From: an uncultured Clostridium sp.
GTDB lineage: Bacteria > Bacillota > Clostridia > TANB77 > CAG-508
Direction: 5' to 3'
Assembly: GCA_947572725.1 (NCBI GenBank)
Contig: CANPDB010000005.1
Location: 2,402 to 66,401 of the forward strand
Length of the DNA: 64,000 bases
Both the position numbers and the translations under genes were made by a program. Positions 31,416 to 40,237 of the stretch are shown here, piece after piece. Below the pieces are notes generated by a model. That model was given only the letters and a program-made list of their open reading frames with translations. It had not been told where the DNA came from and did not search any database. Within the stretch, counting starts at the first letter, position 1. The number at the start of each line of letters is the position of its first letter.

Positions 31416-31811
31416 TTAGTAATAATTATTATAACTATTGTAATAATCATCATCTTGATAATAATTATTTTTGTGCATTTGTAAAATATAATAATTTTTC
31501 CACTCTATTTCTTCCGCTTCTTGCTCAATTTCATAATCCATACTATGAATTTCTACTGCTCTTTCATATTGTTTTATTTTTTTATTTTGTTCTTCTTCCT
31601 GCTCTTGTGTTAAATTCATTTCCATACTTTCTTGTAAGATTTCCTGTAATTCCTTTTCCATTTGTTCAAATTCATAATTTGACATAGTATCAACTTCTTT
31701 CTTTTTTAAATTTAATTTTCTTTCATGTGCTTTTGATACAGGTGTTTCATTTTTATTTTGTAAATTTTTTTGTAACTTGTCTCCCAAGTGGGAGAGTTTC
31801 TTTTTCTGCAT
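31416..31811 (-). CDS. Hypothetical acidic protein
   Basis: ORF. ATG at 31811 (MQKKK) behind AAGGAG. Confidence 0.45.
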   Translation of the reverse strand: MQKKKLSHLGDKLQKNLQNKNETPVSKAHERKLNLKKKEVDTMSNYEFEQMEKELQEILQESMEMNLTQEQEEEQNKKIKQYERAVEIHSMDYEIEQEAEEIEWKNYYILQMHKNNYYQDDDYYNSYNNYY

Positions 31812-31862
31812 AAAATATCGCTCCTTTTTTAATTTTTTTTTACAAATAATTTTACACATGAA

Positions 31863-31930
31863 AAAAGCAGGTACACTAAAAAAGCGATTACATAATCATG
31901 TGTAACAGCTCTTTTAATGTACCTGCTTTT
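31863..31930. terminator. Long bidirectional hairpin with T-runs on both strands
   Basis: AAAAGCAGGTACAC ... TGTACCTGCTTTT. Confidence 0.5.
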
Positions 31931-32226
31931 CAACTATAAAAACAGTATTAAAATTAACTTGAAATTTATTTGCAATATTTAATTGTGCTTATTATACTAC
32001 ATATTTCCCCATTTGTCAAGTTATTTATTTTTGCTATTTTGCATTTTTCTTTACAGACATAAGTCTTTTGCGGATTTTATTTTTCTTGTATTTTCACTAA
32101 TTTTGTAAACTTTTTCGACATATGCATGCCGTTGCTTGACAGGTCCTACCCACGCCTGTTATATTTTTCAACTTAAATGTCACAATAAAAAGCCTTATTT
32201 TAAAGGCTTTATTTAATATTTATATA

Positions 32227-32859
32227 TTAACTTACTTTTTTAATACTTTCGTTGTTACTTTCGTATTCTCTAACAAATGCATAAAATTTACTTTTCTTTA
32301 AGTTTAAATTTGCCATAGTTGTTTTTGCTGTTTGTTTTCCGTTTCTCCATAGGTCATATTGTATTTTGAAATTTCTTGGAATTTCTATTGTAGGTCTACC
32401 AAACTTTTTACCCTTTGCTTTTGCTATTGCGATTCCTTCAGCTTGTCTTTGTCTTATATTAGTTCTTTCATTCTCTGCTACATAACTTAATACCTGAAGA
32501 ATAAGGTCACTAATAAATGTTCCTAATAACTGTTTATTTTTTGTAGTGTCTAGTAGTGGTATATCTAAAACGATTATATCTGCATAGTTTGTAATTTCTT
32601 GCCACTCTTTTTGGATTTCCTTGTAATTTCTTCCTAATCTATCTATTGATTTTATAACTAATACATTATTTTTAGTTCTTTGAAGAATTTGCTTCATTAA
32701 TTGGTAATCTCCACGGTTGAAGTCTTTTCCACTTTTCTTATCTATAAATAAATTTTCCTTTGTAATTCCATATTCTTCTAATGCTTGTATTTGTCTTTCT
32801 AAATTTTGGTGTTGGGTGCTTACTCTTGCATAACCATATAAATTGATTTGATTTTCCAT
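32227..32859 (-). CDS. Small serine recombinase (resolvase/invertase family) with a C-terminal HTH
   Basis: LYGYARVSTQHQNLERQ catalytic motif, SIDRLGRN, about 200 aa. Confidence 0.9.
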   Translation of the reverse strand: MENQINLYGYARVSTQHQNLERQIQALEEYGITKENLFIDKKSGKDFNRGDYQLMKQILQRTKNNVLVIKSIDRLGRNYKEIQKEWQEITNYADIIVLDIPLLDTTKNKQLLGTFISDLILQVLSYVAENERTNIRQRQAEGIAIAKAKGKKFGRPTIEIPRNFKIQYDLWRNGKQTAKTTMANLNLKKSKFYAFVREYESNNESIKKVS

Positions 32860-32928
32860 ATTATTTCTATCTCCTTTTAATTATTTATTGAATTAATTAT
32901 ATGAGATAATAGGCTAAATCTAAAGGAA

Positions 32929-33046
32929 AATGTCCAAAAAAGTTGAAGATTTTTAGGACATATCCAAAAAGTAATAATATAACTTTAATGGAAATAAAAT
33001 ATTGCTTTTTTCTTTCCACCAATAAGCTATAGTTTTTTGGACTTAA
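32929..33046. promoter_or_regulatory. Candidate res-type resolvase binding sites upstream of the resolvase gene
   Basis: Four TGTCC/GGACA-plus-A-tract half-sites: TGTCCAAAAAA (32931), TTTTTAGGACA (32950-32960), TATCCAAAAAG (32961), TTTTTTGGACT (33034). Confidence 0.4.
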
Positions 33047-33079
33047 TTTTAAACTAATATAAAAGAAGGGGGAAGTATT

Positions 33080-33454
33080 ATGCTAGAAAGTAACAATAGT
33101 CATTTTAGGAGGAAAATGAAAATAAGCAATGAACAATTAAAAAAGTTATTGCCTAATGATAGTAAAAATATTATTCCAGTAGTTAGAAATAATGTTGTTA
33201 TGATTCCAATAAAAAATTTTTGTAATATTGGTATATCATCTGTAAGTATTCCACTACAAAATTATGATACTGGTGCAATTTCATTTTTGAGTATCCGTTT
33301 AAATAATATTGAAGATGTTAGCTTTTTACTTAATGATGATGAGTTAGTCTGCGAAATATATAAAAAGGAAAATGGGGATATATTTTTAGAATTAAGTTCG
33401 TTATATTATGACTTGAATCAGGATAATATAAAAGGAAATAACTGCTACAATTAA
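33080..33454 (+). CDS. Hypothetical protein
   Basis: ORF with RBS GGGGGAAG. Confidence 0.45.
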   Translation: MLESNNSHFRRKMKISNEQLKKLLPNDSKNIIPVVRNNVVMIPIKNFCNIGISSVSIPLQNYDTGAISFLSIRLNNIEDVSFLLNDDELVCEIYKKENGDIFLELSSLYYDLNQDNIKGNNCYN

Positions 33455-33469
33455 GTAACAGTTATTTTT

Positions 33470-34906
33470 TTATTCGCTTTCTTTAATTTTCTCTCCATTT
33501 CCGTTTATAATTATATATTTAGTAGAGAATATATCTTGTGAAGTATAATGTGCATTAGTATCATTATATTTATCTTTATCATACAAGTTATATAATATAA
33601 CATAATTGTCATCTATTTTTTGACAGAAATTGCTATATATTGTTGGGTTTGGGTGTTCCTTTGTTCCTAATTTTATATCAAATTTATTTTTTATTTTTCC
33701 GTTCGTATCTAAAAACATTATATTGTCATCTGTATCATTATTTATTAATAAATAGCCATTATTTAAAATTCTAACATCATTTTTCTTTCCTACAAATACT
33801 GGATCAAATATATTTTCTCCCGTCTCAATATTAATATTATAAAAATCATTATCACTTACAAATACCAAATTTGAGTTTGTTGTATCCCAAGTTATTTGAG
33901 AAGCATTAGATATTTCTTTTTGCCATAATTTATTTAATTTTCTATCATATACATTTATATATACATACTTATCTTTTCTTGACATATCAAAAACTATATA
34001 TTTTTGTAAATCTGGTGTTACATATAGCTGTTTGTTATAATAATCGTGTTCTATTCCTTGATTATAGGTATAATTATATGTTATTAATCCATAAGGATTC
34101 GACTGCCATATATCAAAAACTTTAAAATTCAAATTAGATTGATTTTCAAATTCTGCTAACCAAATCCAGTCTTCAAATGAAATATAATCACATTCAGTCA
34201 TTTTCAGCATTTCATCATTTGTTGGTTTTCTAAATTTGACATCATTTCCAAAAACAGCTTTTGACACATTTCTTAAAGTTACTTCACTATACCAATTAGA
34301 GTTTTCGCCCATTTCTGTTATTTCTATAATTGGCAAATATATATTTTGACCATTAATGTTTCTTGTTTCAGCTCCTATTAATTTTCCCTTTAACGCCATA
34401 ACATCTTTTTGCATTACCATTTTTTCAGGCTTTCTTCCTTTTATTATAATTGGTTCTGTTAAATCTGCCAATTCTCCACCATAAAAATCATCAACGCCAA
34501 CACCCCATTGACAAACTGCCTCAAAGTTTTCACTATCAGATGATAAGATAGAATTTATTTGACAGTATAATGCTACATTTATATTTTTTAACATATCAGC
34601 ATATCTTACTAATTCTGTATATGTATATAAGAAGAAATAATCTTCATCAAAAAATTTAATTACATCTTTTTGATTATCTGTTAAAGATGTATCTGTTGTG
34701 TCCATTAATTTAAAACTCATATTTTTTGCTTGTTGCGTAGTTTTTGAATTATTAGTAATAGGACTATTTGAACTATTTTCTATTTGATTATTAGTATTGT
34801 TATTATTTAATTTTAATACTAAAAATACAACGATTCCAATTAATGCAACAATAACTATTCCCAATATTATAAACATAATTTTATTACTTTTCTTTTTTTC
34901 TTCCAT
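33470..34906 (-). CDS. N-terminally anchored hypothetical protein, possibly beta-propeller-like
   Basis: TM helix IMFIILGIVIVALIGIVVFLVL. The repetitive beta-rich C-terminal part supports the propeller idea by inference only. Confidence 0.55.
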   Translation of the reverse strand: MEEKKKSNKIMFIILGIVIVALIGIVVFLVLKLNNNNTNNQIENSSNSPITNNSKTTQQAKNMSFKLMDTTDTSLTDNQKDVIKFFDEDYFFLYTYTELVRYADMLKNINVALYCQINSILSSDSENFEAVCQWGVGVDDFYGGELADLTEPIIIKGRKPEKMVMQKDVMALKGKLIGAETRNINGQNIYLPIIEITEMGENSNWYSEVTLRNVSKAVFGNDVKFRKPTNDEMLKMTECDYISFEDWIWLAEFENQSNLNFKVFDIWQSNPYGLITYNYTYNQGIEHDYYNKQLYVTPDLQKYIVFDMSRKDKYVYINVYDRKLNKLWQKEISNASQITWDTTNSNLVFVSDNDFYNINIETGENIFDPVFVGKKNDVRILNNGYLLINNDTDDNIMFLDTNGKIKNKFDIKLGTKEHPNPTIYSNFCQKIDDNYVILYNLYDKDKYNDTNAHYTSQDIFSTKYIIINGNGEKIKESE

Positions 34907-35250
34907 AATTTACATCTCCTTTTCAAAATAATTTTATTACTTTTTTCGACAAAATACAATACTTTTTATTTATTTCTTTTATTTTTTAAATATTCATATA
35001 TTCCACTGCCAATTAAAGCTATGAGCATAATTCCCACTATTATTAAGCAAATTTTTCTTTCTGCTGGTGTCATCTCTGCCCATGTTCTATTATTAGTGCC
35101 ATATAAACTAATCATTAAATCATCTCCCTTGTCTTTATTATTTATACCATATTTTCCTTATTTTGTCTACTGTTTTAATAAGTTATGTTTTAGTGAGTTA
35201 TTTTTTCTTTAATTTTTGTCTAAAATATTAATAGTAAATGGGGTGCTATT

Positions 35251-35454
35251 ATGATAAAGTTAAATATACTTGAAATTTTGAAGAAAAAAGGTAAAACTAA
35301 ATATTGGTTGTTTAATCAATTAGATATGAGTTACACCAATTTTAATAATATTGTAGAGAATAAGACAAAATCTATTAAGTATGAAAATATAGAAAAATTT
35401 TGTGATATTTTAGACTGTCAACCTAATGACTTATTTAAAAGAGTAAAAAAGTAA
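35251..35454 (+). CDS. Small Cro/CI-type HTH regulator
   Basis: 67 aa. KTKYWLFNQLDMSYTNFNNIVENKTKSIKYENIEKFCDILDCQPNDLF matches the short XRE/YozG-like pattern. Confidence 0.8.
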   Translation: MIKLNILEILKKKGKTKYWLFNQLDMSYTNFNNIVENKTKSIKYENIEKFCDILDCQPNDLFKRVKK

Positions 35455-35470
35455 TTTTGACATTACTTCT

Positions 35471-35734
35471 TTAATTATATAGAATTTCTGTTGTTAACCT
35501 TGCACCTAATGTATAAGCATATATAAATGTTTGTTCTTCTTCTTTTAGATTCATTTTAAATATTAAATCTATGATTTTGTCTAATTCTTTCTTTTGCTTT
35601 TTGGTAAGGTGTTTTTCTAATTTTTCTGTTTTATCTAAAAATTTATTTGAAATTTCAGTATATGCCTTTGTTGGTTGTAACTCACTTTCTACATATTTAT
35701 AATATAGCTTTGATATTTCCTTTTGTTCTCTCAT
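35471..35734 (-). CDS. Hypothetical protein
   Basis: ORF only. Confidence 0.45.
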   Translation of the reverse strand: MREQKEISKLYYKYVESELQPTKAYTEISNKFLDKTEKLEKHLTKKQKKELDKIIDLIFKMNLKEEEQTFIYAYTLGARLTTEILYN

Positions 35735-35800
35735 CTTGTACCTGCTTTCTACTTAATAAATATTCCAGTTATAATAACTTTTCTATGTCTACTACTATTA

Positions 35801-36307
35801 TTATTTTTTAGTTGTTTTTGTAGATGCTGTAGCTTTTGTAGTAGGTTTATTAGCTTTTTCTTCTGCTTTTGGTGTAGTTGCTGATTGTGTTGTTTCTCCA
35901 ATTTCTTTTACTGTTTTTAATTCTTTAGGCTCTGTTTTCTTTGCTTGTTCTTTTTTAGGAATATAGTTTTTTATAGCTGTTAATGTTTCGACTGTTGTTG
36001 TTATAAAATTTTTAATGTCTTTTGTTTCTGTTTTAATAGTATTTTTTCTTCTAAAATTTCTTGTGTGCTGTTCAATTGTTCTCTGTCCTATAAGTAACTT
36101 TCTAACAATTTCAAGTTTTTTATTATTATCTACTATTGTGTTTGACATCTCTATAATTTGGAATAAAGCTGTATTGATATTTCTTCTCAAGCCATTAATA
36201 TTTAATGTTTTAGCAATAGTTTGAGCTGTCTTTGTTAATTCTTCATCTTTTAATTTAGTAATGTCAAGTTGTACCAAATTAGATAATACTGTATCATTTT
36301 TATTCAT
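35801..36307 (-). CDS. Hypothetical protein with a K/T-rich tail
   Basis: ORF only. Confidence 0.5.
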   Translation of the reverse strand: MNKNDTVLSNLVQLDITKLKDEELTKTAQTIAKTLNINGLRRNINTALFQIIEMSNTIVDNNKKLEIVRKLLIGQRTIEQHTRNFRRKNTIKTETKDIKNFITTTVETLTAIKNYIPKKEQAKKTEPKELKTVKEIGETTQSATTPKAEEKANKPTTKATASTKTTKK

Positions 36308-36685
36308 CTTCTTTTCATCTCCTTCCTTTTTATAATAGGGGATAGAGAATTTACCGAAATAATAAAATAAATTCTCTATGGCTTTTTTGTATGTGCCTAT
36401 GTAGTATGAATAAAATATATGAGATTATGTCTACTTTGTAAATGAGTACGAGAAAAGTTTTTCATTTTCTTTGTTATAACTGCTTTTTGATGATATAGTT
36501 TAGTTATATACTATATTTCTTTTATTCTTCCTGCTGTTGCATGGGGTATAGCTGTGATAGTAATTTTAGATAAACTGTTGCTATAAATAAGAAAATTCAA
36601 GCTATTTACAAGCCCCAAACGGTGTATATATAAATAAAAAGTGCTATGCTTGAATTTCTTATTTTTTATTAGTGAATTACGAATA

Positions 36686-38260
36686 TTAATTGACAAGATT
36701 TTTTAACACAATTACTCTCATATTCGGTTTTAATTTATAAGTTGTGTCCTTGATTTTATTTTCTTCTTGATACTTTCTTATGTTATTAATGGTTTTTGTA
36801 TTAAGAATCGTATAAGTAAAATTTTGTTGTTCTAAAGTTTCTTTAATTTCTGTATTGTAATTAAGCAATGAAGATATAAAACACATAAATCCATTTTTAA
36901 TCTTGCTGTATTTAAGCTTTAATTTCTTCCTTTTGGCATTTAAATCTTTCACATAATCAAATATCATTTTCCTAGTAATAAATCCTTCTAAAAAGACAGT
37001 CTTGTTCTTTGTAAGATAATTGATTATATCTTCTTTTGCTCTTAAGCCATGTCTATAATTTCTTTTACAATTCATATTATAACTATAAATCATATCTGCT
37101 GTTCCTTCTCCAAATGTTTCAGCTACCATCATATATCTAACACTATTCCAGTTAAGTTTAAGAATTTCTTTAGCATTTCTATTTATTTGTGGAAAATCTG
37201 TTTCTTTTAATTCACTTACCCATATAAAACTAGGTATTTTATTATTTGTGTTTTTGATTTTAGTTATATATTTCTGTCTTTGTAAAATTCCTAGAAGATA
37301 AAGCATAATAAATGCTTTGTATCTGCCTACTACATTAAAGCTATTTCTTATTGATAGTACCATTAAAATATTTCCGTTATTTATTGTGTATTTGTTGGAA
37401 TTGTAAGCATAGTCATAAAAAGTTAAAAGTATGTTTTTGTTTGGGTTGTGTGGGTTGGACTTGTCCATTATTTTATATTTCAATAATACTTCTTTGATAG
37501 CTGGGTATCTGTCTATATGCCTATTTAATAGTGATATATTTCTATCTATTATTGTTTTGTAGATGTATTTTTTATTCTGTAATAGTAATGATTTGATAGA
37601 GTTTGTAGGAAATAATGACAAGATTTCGGGAATATACAACTTGTCCAACTCTTTGTTAGTAATGCTGTTGGGAGATGATATAGATATATCATCTAGATTA
37701 TAACTAAATTTTAAATAACAGCTTTTTATGGTTTTGTTATCAATAGTATTTTCTTTCATATTTGTATAAAATATTCCACTCATACGAGTTAGGTAGCTCT
37801 CATCAATTTTTTGTTGCTTGTCCTTCATACTTTTTTGCTGTATCTCCTGTAACTGCTGTGAACTCATTATTGTTTCATATTTCAGTCCTTTAGAGTGCCT
37901 AATATTATTTTGATGAGTAACTATATCTAAATTAGAAATCCTATTGTCTAGTGTATTTTTGTTTATGTGGTTTATTTCATAATTTTTATTTTGTAAAATT
38001 TTCTTTAGTTCTTCATCATATTTTGAATAATATTGAAGAACTAATCTATATAAGAGTGTAATTGAATCGCCTTGTTTTATAACTGGGTAGTTCCAATTAT
38101 TTAAAGTAACTTCTTTTAATGATAGTTGACTGCTTAAAAATCTAATTAAAGAATAATCACAATCTAAAAATGCTATATTTTCTTCTGTAATCTCGCCTTT
38201 TTTCTCATTTATTGCTTTTACTACTATTATTTCATCATTTATATTTTCTAAAATATTCAT
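36686..38260 (-). CDS. Protein with an HNH_3-like nuclease motif and a large unknown C-terminal region
   Basis: YEINHINKNTLDNRISNLDIVTHQNNIRH resembles the HxxxN..DNR..NL..T...N.H pattern of AP2/HNH_3 endonucleases. Confidence 0.6.
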   Translation of the reverse strand: MNILENINDEIIVVKAINEKKGEITEENIAFLDCDYSLIRFLSSQLSLKEVTLNNWNYPVIKQGDSITLLYRLVLQYYSKYDEELKKILQNKNYEINHINKNTLDNRISNLDIVTHQNNIRHSKGLKYETIMSSQQLQEIQQKSMKDKQQKIDESYLTRMSGIFYTNMKENTIDNKTIKSCYLKFSYNLDDISISSPNSITNKELDKLYIPEILSLFPTNSIKSLLLQNKKYIYKTIIDRNISLLNRHIDRYPAIKEVLLKYKIMDKSNPHNPNKNILLTFYDYAYNSNKYTINNGNILMVLSIRNSFNVVGRYKAFIMLYLLGILQRQKYITKIKNTNNKIPSFIWVSELKETDFPQINRNAKEILKLNWNSVRYMMVAETFGEGTADMIYSYNMNCKRNYRHGLRAKEDIINYLTKNKTVFLEGFITRKMIFDYVKDLNAKRKKLKLKYSKIKNGFMCFISSLLNYNTEIKETLEQQNFTYTILNTKTINNIRKYQEENKIKDTTYKLKPNMRVIVLKNLVN

Positions 38261-38449
38261 TTCATTACCACCTTTTATACAATTTTTTAATGAAATGTAT
38301 AAATCGACAGTAATAAAATTACATTCATAAAAAATGCTTAGCCCATATAAAAGCTAAGTATTTTTTAATTATTGAATTTGTTACATTAATGAATAGTTAC
38401 TACTTATCTTTTTATAATTTCATTAATGTATACTTAATGTTTGTTAAAA

Positions 38450-38704
38450 TTGGTTTCCATGACCTCCTTCATATGGTCTTTTAAATGCAAATCCTACTGG
38501 TATTGGTCCTCCGAATATATATCTTTGACTATTCCAACTTTGCATACATCTTTTTGTTGTCCATAAAATATTGCTTCTACTAGAACCTCTAAATTCTCTT
38601 ACCTTTAGTGTCCCATTTGTATTATATGGCATTGGCTCAGCTTCACCTCTATAATATGTTTCCATTCTATCTGTATCATTATTAAATACTATTATTTTTG
38701 CCAT
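38450..38704 (-). pseudogene. 5' fragment of the split M15 peptidase gene
   Basis: Ends ...GFAFKRPYEGGHGNQ and then runs into element-derived F-stop. The missing continuation TQHYAGVAFD is at 14513. Confidence 0.75.
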
Positions 38705-38800
38705 AACAAAAAATCCTCCCTTATAGTTTTATACTATTTTATGAGAAGATTTTCCTTTTAGTGTATTTATATTTTTAATTTATCTAATTCTTTATTCAAT

Positions 38801-39373
38801 TTATTTCTCATCATCAATATATACCTTTGCTATTAGACATTTTTCCATTTGATTAGTCCTTCTTAATATTGAAATAAGCATTGGTTTCATAACAATTAAT
38901 ATACTGCTTACTTTCATTAGCTTTCCTTTAGCTTTCATAGCTTGTGTTAACGCAGATATTTCATCTCTTAAAACTGGAATTATACATATTGAAACTGAAA
39001 CTATAATTCCTATATTATCAACATTTACTCTAAATATTTTTAATGGATAAAATAATTTTTTTATTGTTTCTGCTATTTCTGTGGTGGTAGTTCTTTTAGA
39101 AAATATATAAGTTACATTATAGCAAATAATTATTTTTATTCCTATTAATATCCCTTCATTCAAGTTAGCAAAAATGATATTTAATATAACTGTGAACAGT
39201 ATAAATGGGAAAAAAATCTTAAAATTATATATCATATCTTTAAATTTAATCTTTAGTACTCCTAATATTACTAAATTTATTAACAATAAACATATTAATA
39301 TTTTAAAATCATTTATAAAAAATATTAATATTGTATAAATTATAAATACTATGAATTTAAATATATTTTTCAC
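38801..39373 (-). CDS. ecfT: ECF transporter T component
   Basis: Polytopic CbiQ/EcfT-like membrane protein. Overlaps the ecfA stop (ATGA-type coupling). Confidence 0.75.
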   Translation of the reverse strand: MKNIFKFIVFIIYTILIFFINDFKILICLLLINLVILGVLKIKFKDMIYNFKIFFPFILFTVILNIIFANLNEGILIGIKIIICYNVTYIFSKRTTTTEIAETIKKLFYPLKIFRVNVDNIGIIVSVSICIIPVLRDEISALTQAMKAKGKLMKVSSILIVMKPMLISILRRTNQMEKCLIAKVYIDDEK

Positions 39374-40185
39374 TTTTTACATACCCCTACAATTTCATTA
39401 ACTATTTCTGCAATTGTCCATTCTTTTAAATTTAGTATTATATTGTTTTGCTTTAATTTTAATATTATTTCTATAATATCAGGTAATTTAATATCACATT
39501 TTTCTAATAATTTTACATTTTCTAGTATTTTTTCCTTTTTAAATATATGTTTAATTTGTTTATCCTCTATTATTAGAACTTTATCTGATAATAAAATTTC
39601 ATTAACATTATTAGTTACAAAAATAATTGTAAATCCTTCTTTTTTCAATATTCTTAAGCAGTCATATATATTTTCTTTTTCCTTTGAATCTATCATTGTG
39701 GTAGGTTCGTCCAATATAATATATTGGGGTTTTACTGCTAACACACTTGCTATATTAATTCTTTGTTTTTGTCCTAATGATAACTCATATGTGTTACTTT
39801 CTTTAAAATCCAACATATTCACACTATTCAATGCTTTCTCGATTCTTTCTTCTTTATTGTCTAAATTAAGATTTTTTAAAGCAAATTCTATATCGTCAAA
39901 TACTCTTGGAAATAAAATCTGGTTATCTGGATTTTGAAAAACTATTCCTACTTTTTTTCTCAATTTTAAAAAATCTTTTTTATTTTTTGTATTTATTTCG
40001 TCAATAAATATATTGCCTTTACTAGGCTTAGTAATTCCTGCAATTAAGTTAAGAATTGTTGACTTCCCTGTTCCATTTTTTCCTATAATACTTATAATTT
40101 CTCCTTCATTTATTTCTAAATTGATATTTTCTAGTATACTATCTTCATTTTTATATTTAAAATACACATTTTCTAATTTAATCAT
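39370..40185 (-). CDS. ecfA: ECF transporter ATPase
   Basis: Walker A GKNGTGKST, signature LSLGQKQR, Walker B IILDEPT. Start chosen at MIKLENVYF (40185); the track ORF extends to 40248. Confidence 0.85.
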   Translation of the reverse strand: MIKLENVYFKYKNEDSILENINLEINEGEIISIIGKNGTGKSTILNLIAGITKPSKGNIFIDEINTKNKKDFLKLRKKVGIVFQNPDNQILFPRVFDDIEFALKNLNLDNKEERIEKALNSVNMLDFKESNTYELSLGQKQRINIASVLAVKPQYIILDEPTTMIDSKEKENIYDCLRILKKEGFTIIFVTNNVNEILLSDKVLIIEDKQIKHIFKKEKILENVKLLEKCDIKLPDIIEIILKLKQNNIILNLKEWTIAEIVNEIVGVCKK

Positions 40186-40237
40186 TTTTACTATTGTTCC
40201 TTCCCTAATACATAAATCTGGTTGAAAAGAATTATAA

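Larger units (their letters stand above)
14514..38449. mobile_element. Composite ~23.9 kb integrative island splitting the M15 peptidase gene
   Basis: The two gene halves (GGHGNQ | TQHYAGVAFD) flank it. It contains two large serine recombinases, a resolvase, and accessory genes. No phage structural genes. Confidence 0.7.
28786..38449. mobile_element. Element B (~9.7 kb): large serine recombinase, resolvase, HNH protein and unknown genes
   Basis: 25-bp terminal inverted repeats: 28786-28810 TTTTAACATCTATTAAGTATACATT versus the reverse complement of 38425-38449, TTTTAACAAACATTAAGTATACATT (22/25). The right repeat ends exactly at the M15 5'-fragment junction. Confidence 0.6.

Noticed and set aside
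36511-36696. 61-aa ORF between the HNH-motif gene and the 168-aa gene
   Set aside because: It overlaps the 3' end of 36686-38260, has no RBS, and has an implausible composition. The region looks like an intergenic hairpin/terminator area.
14514-38449. Prophage
   Set aside because: There are no terminase, portal, capsid, tail or holin genes. The only lysin-like gene (M15) is the disrupted target, not cargo.
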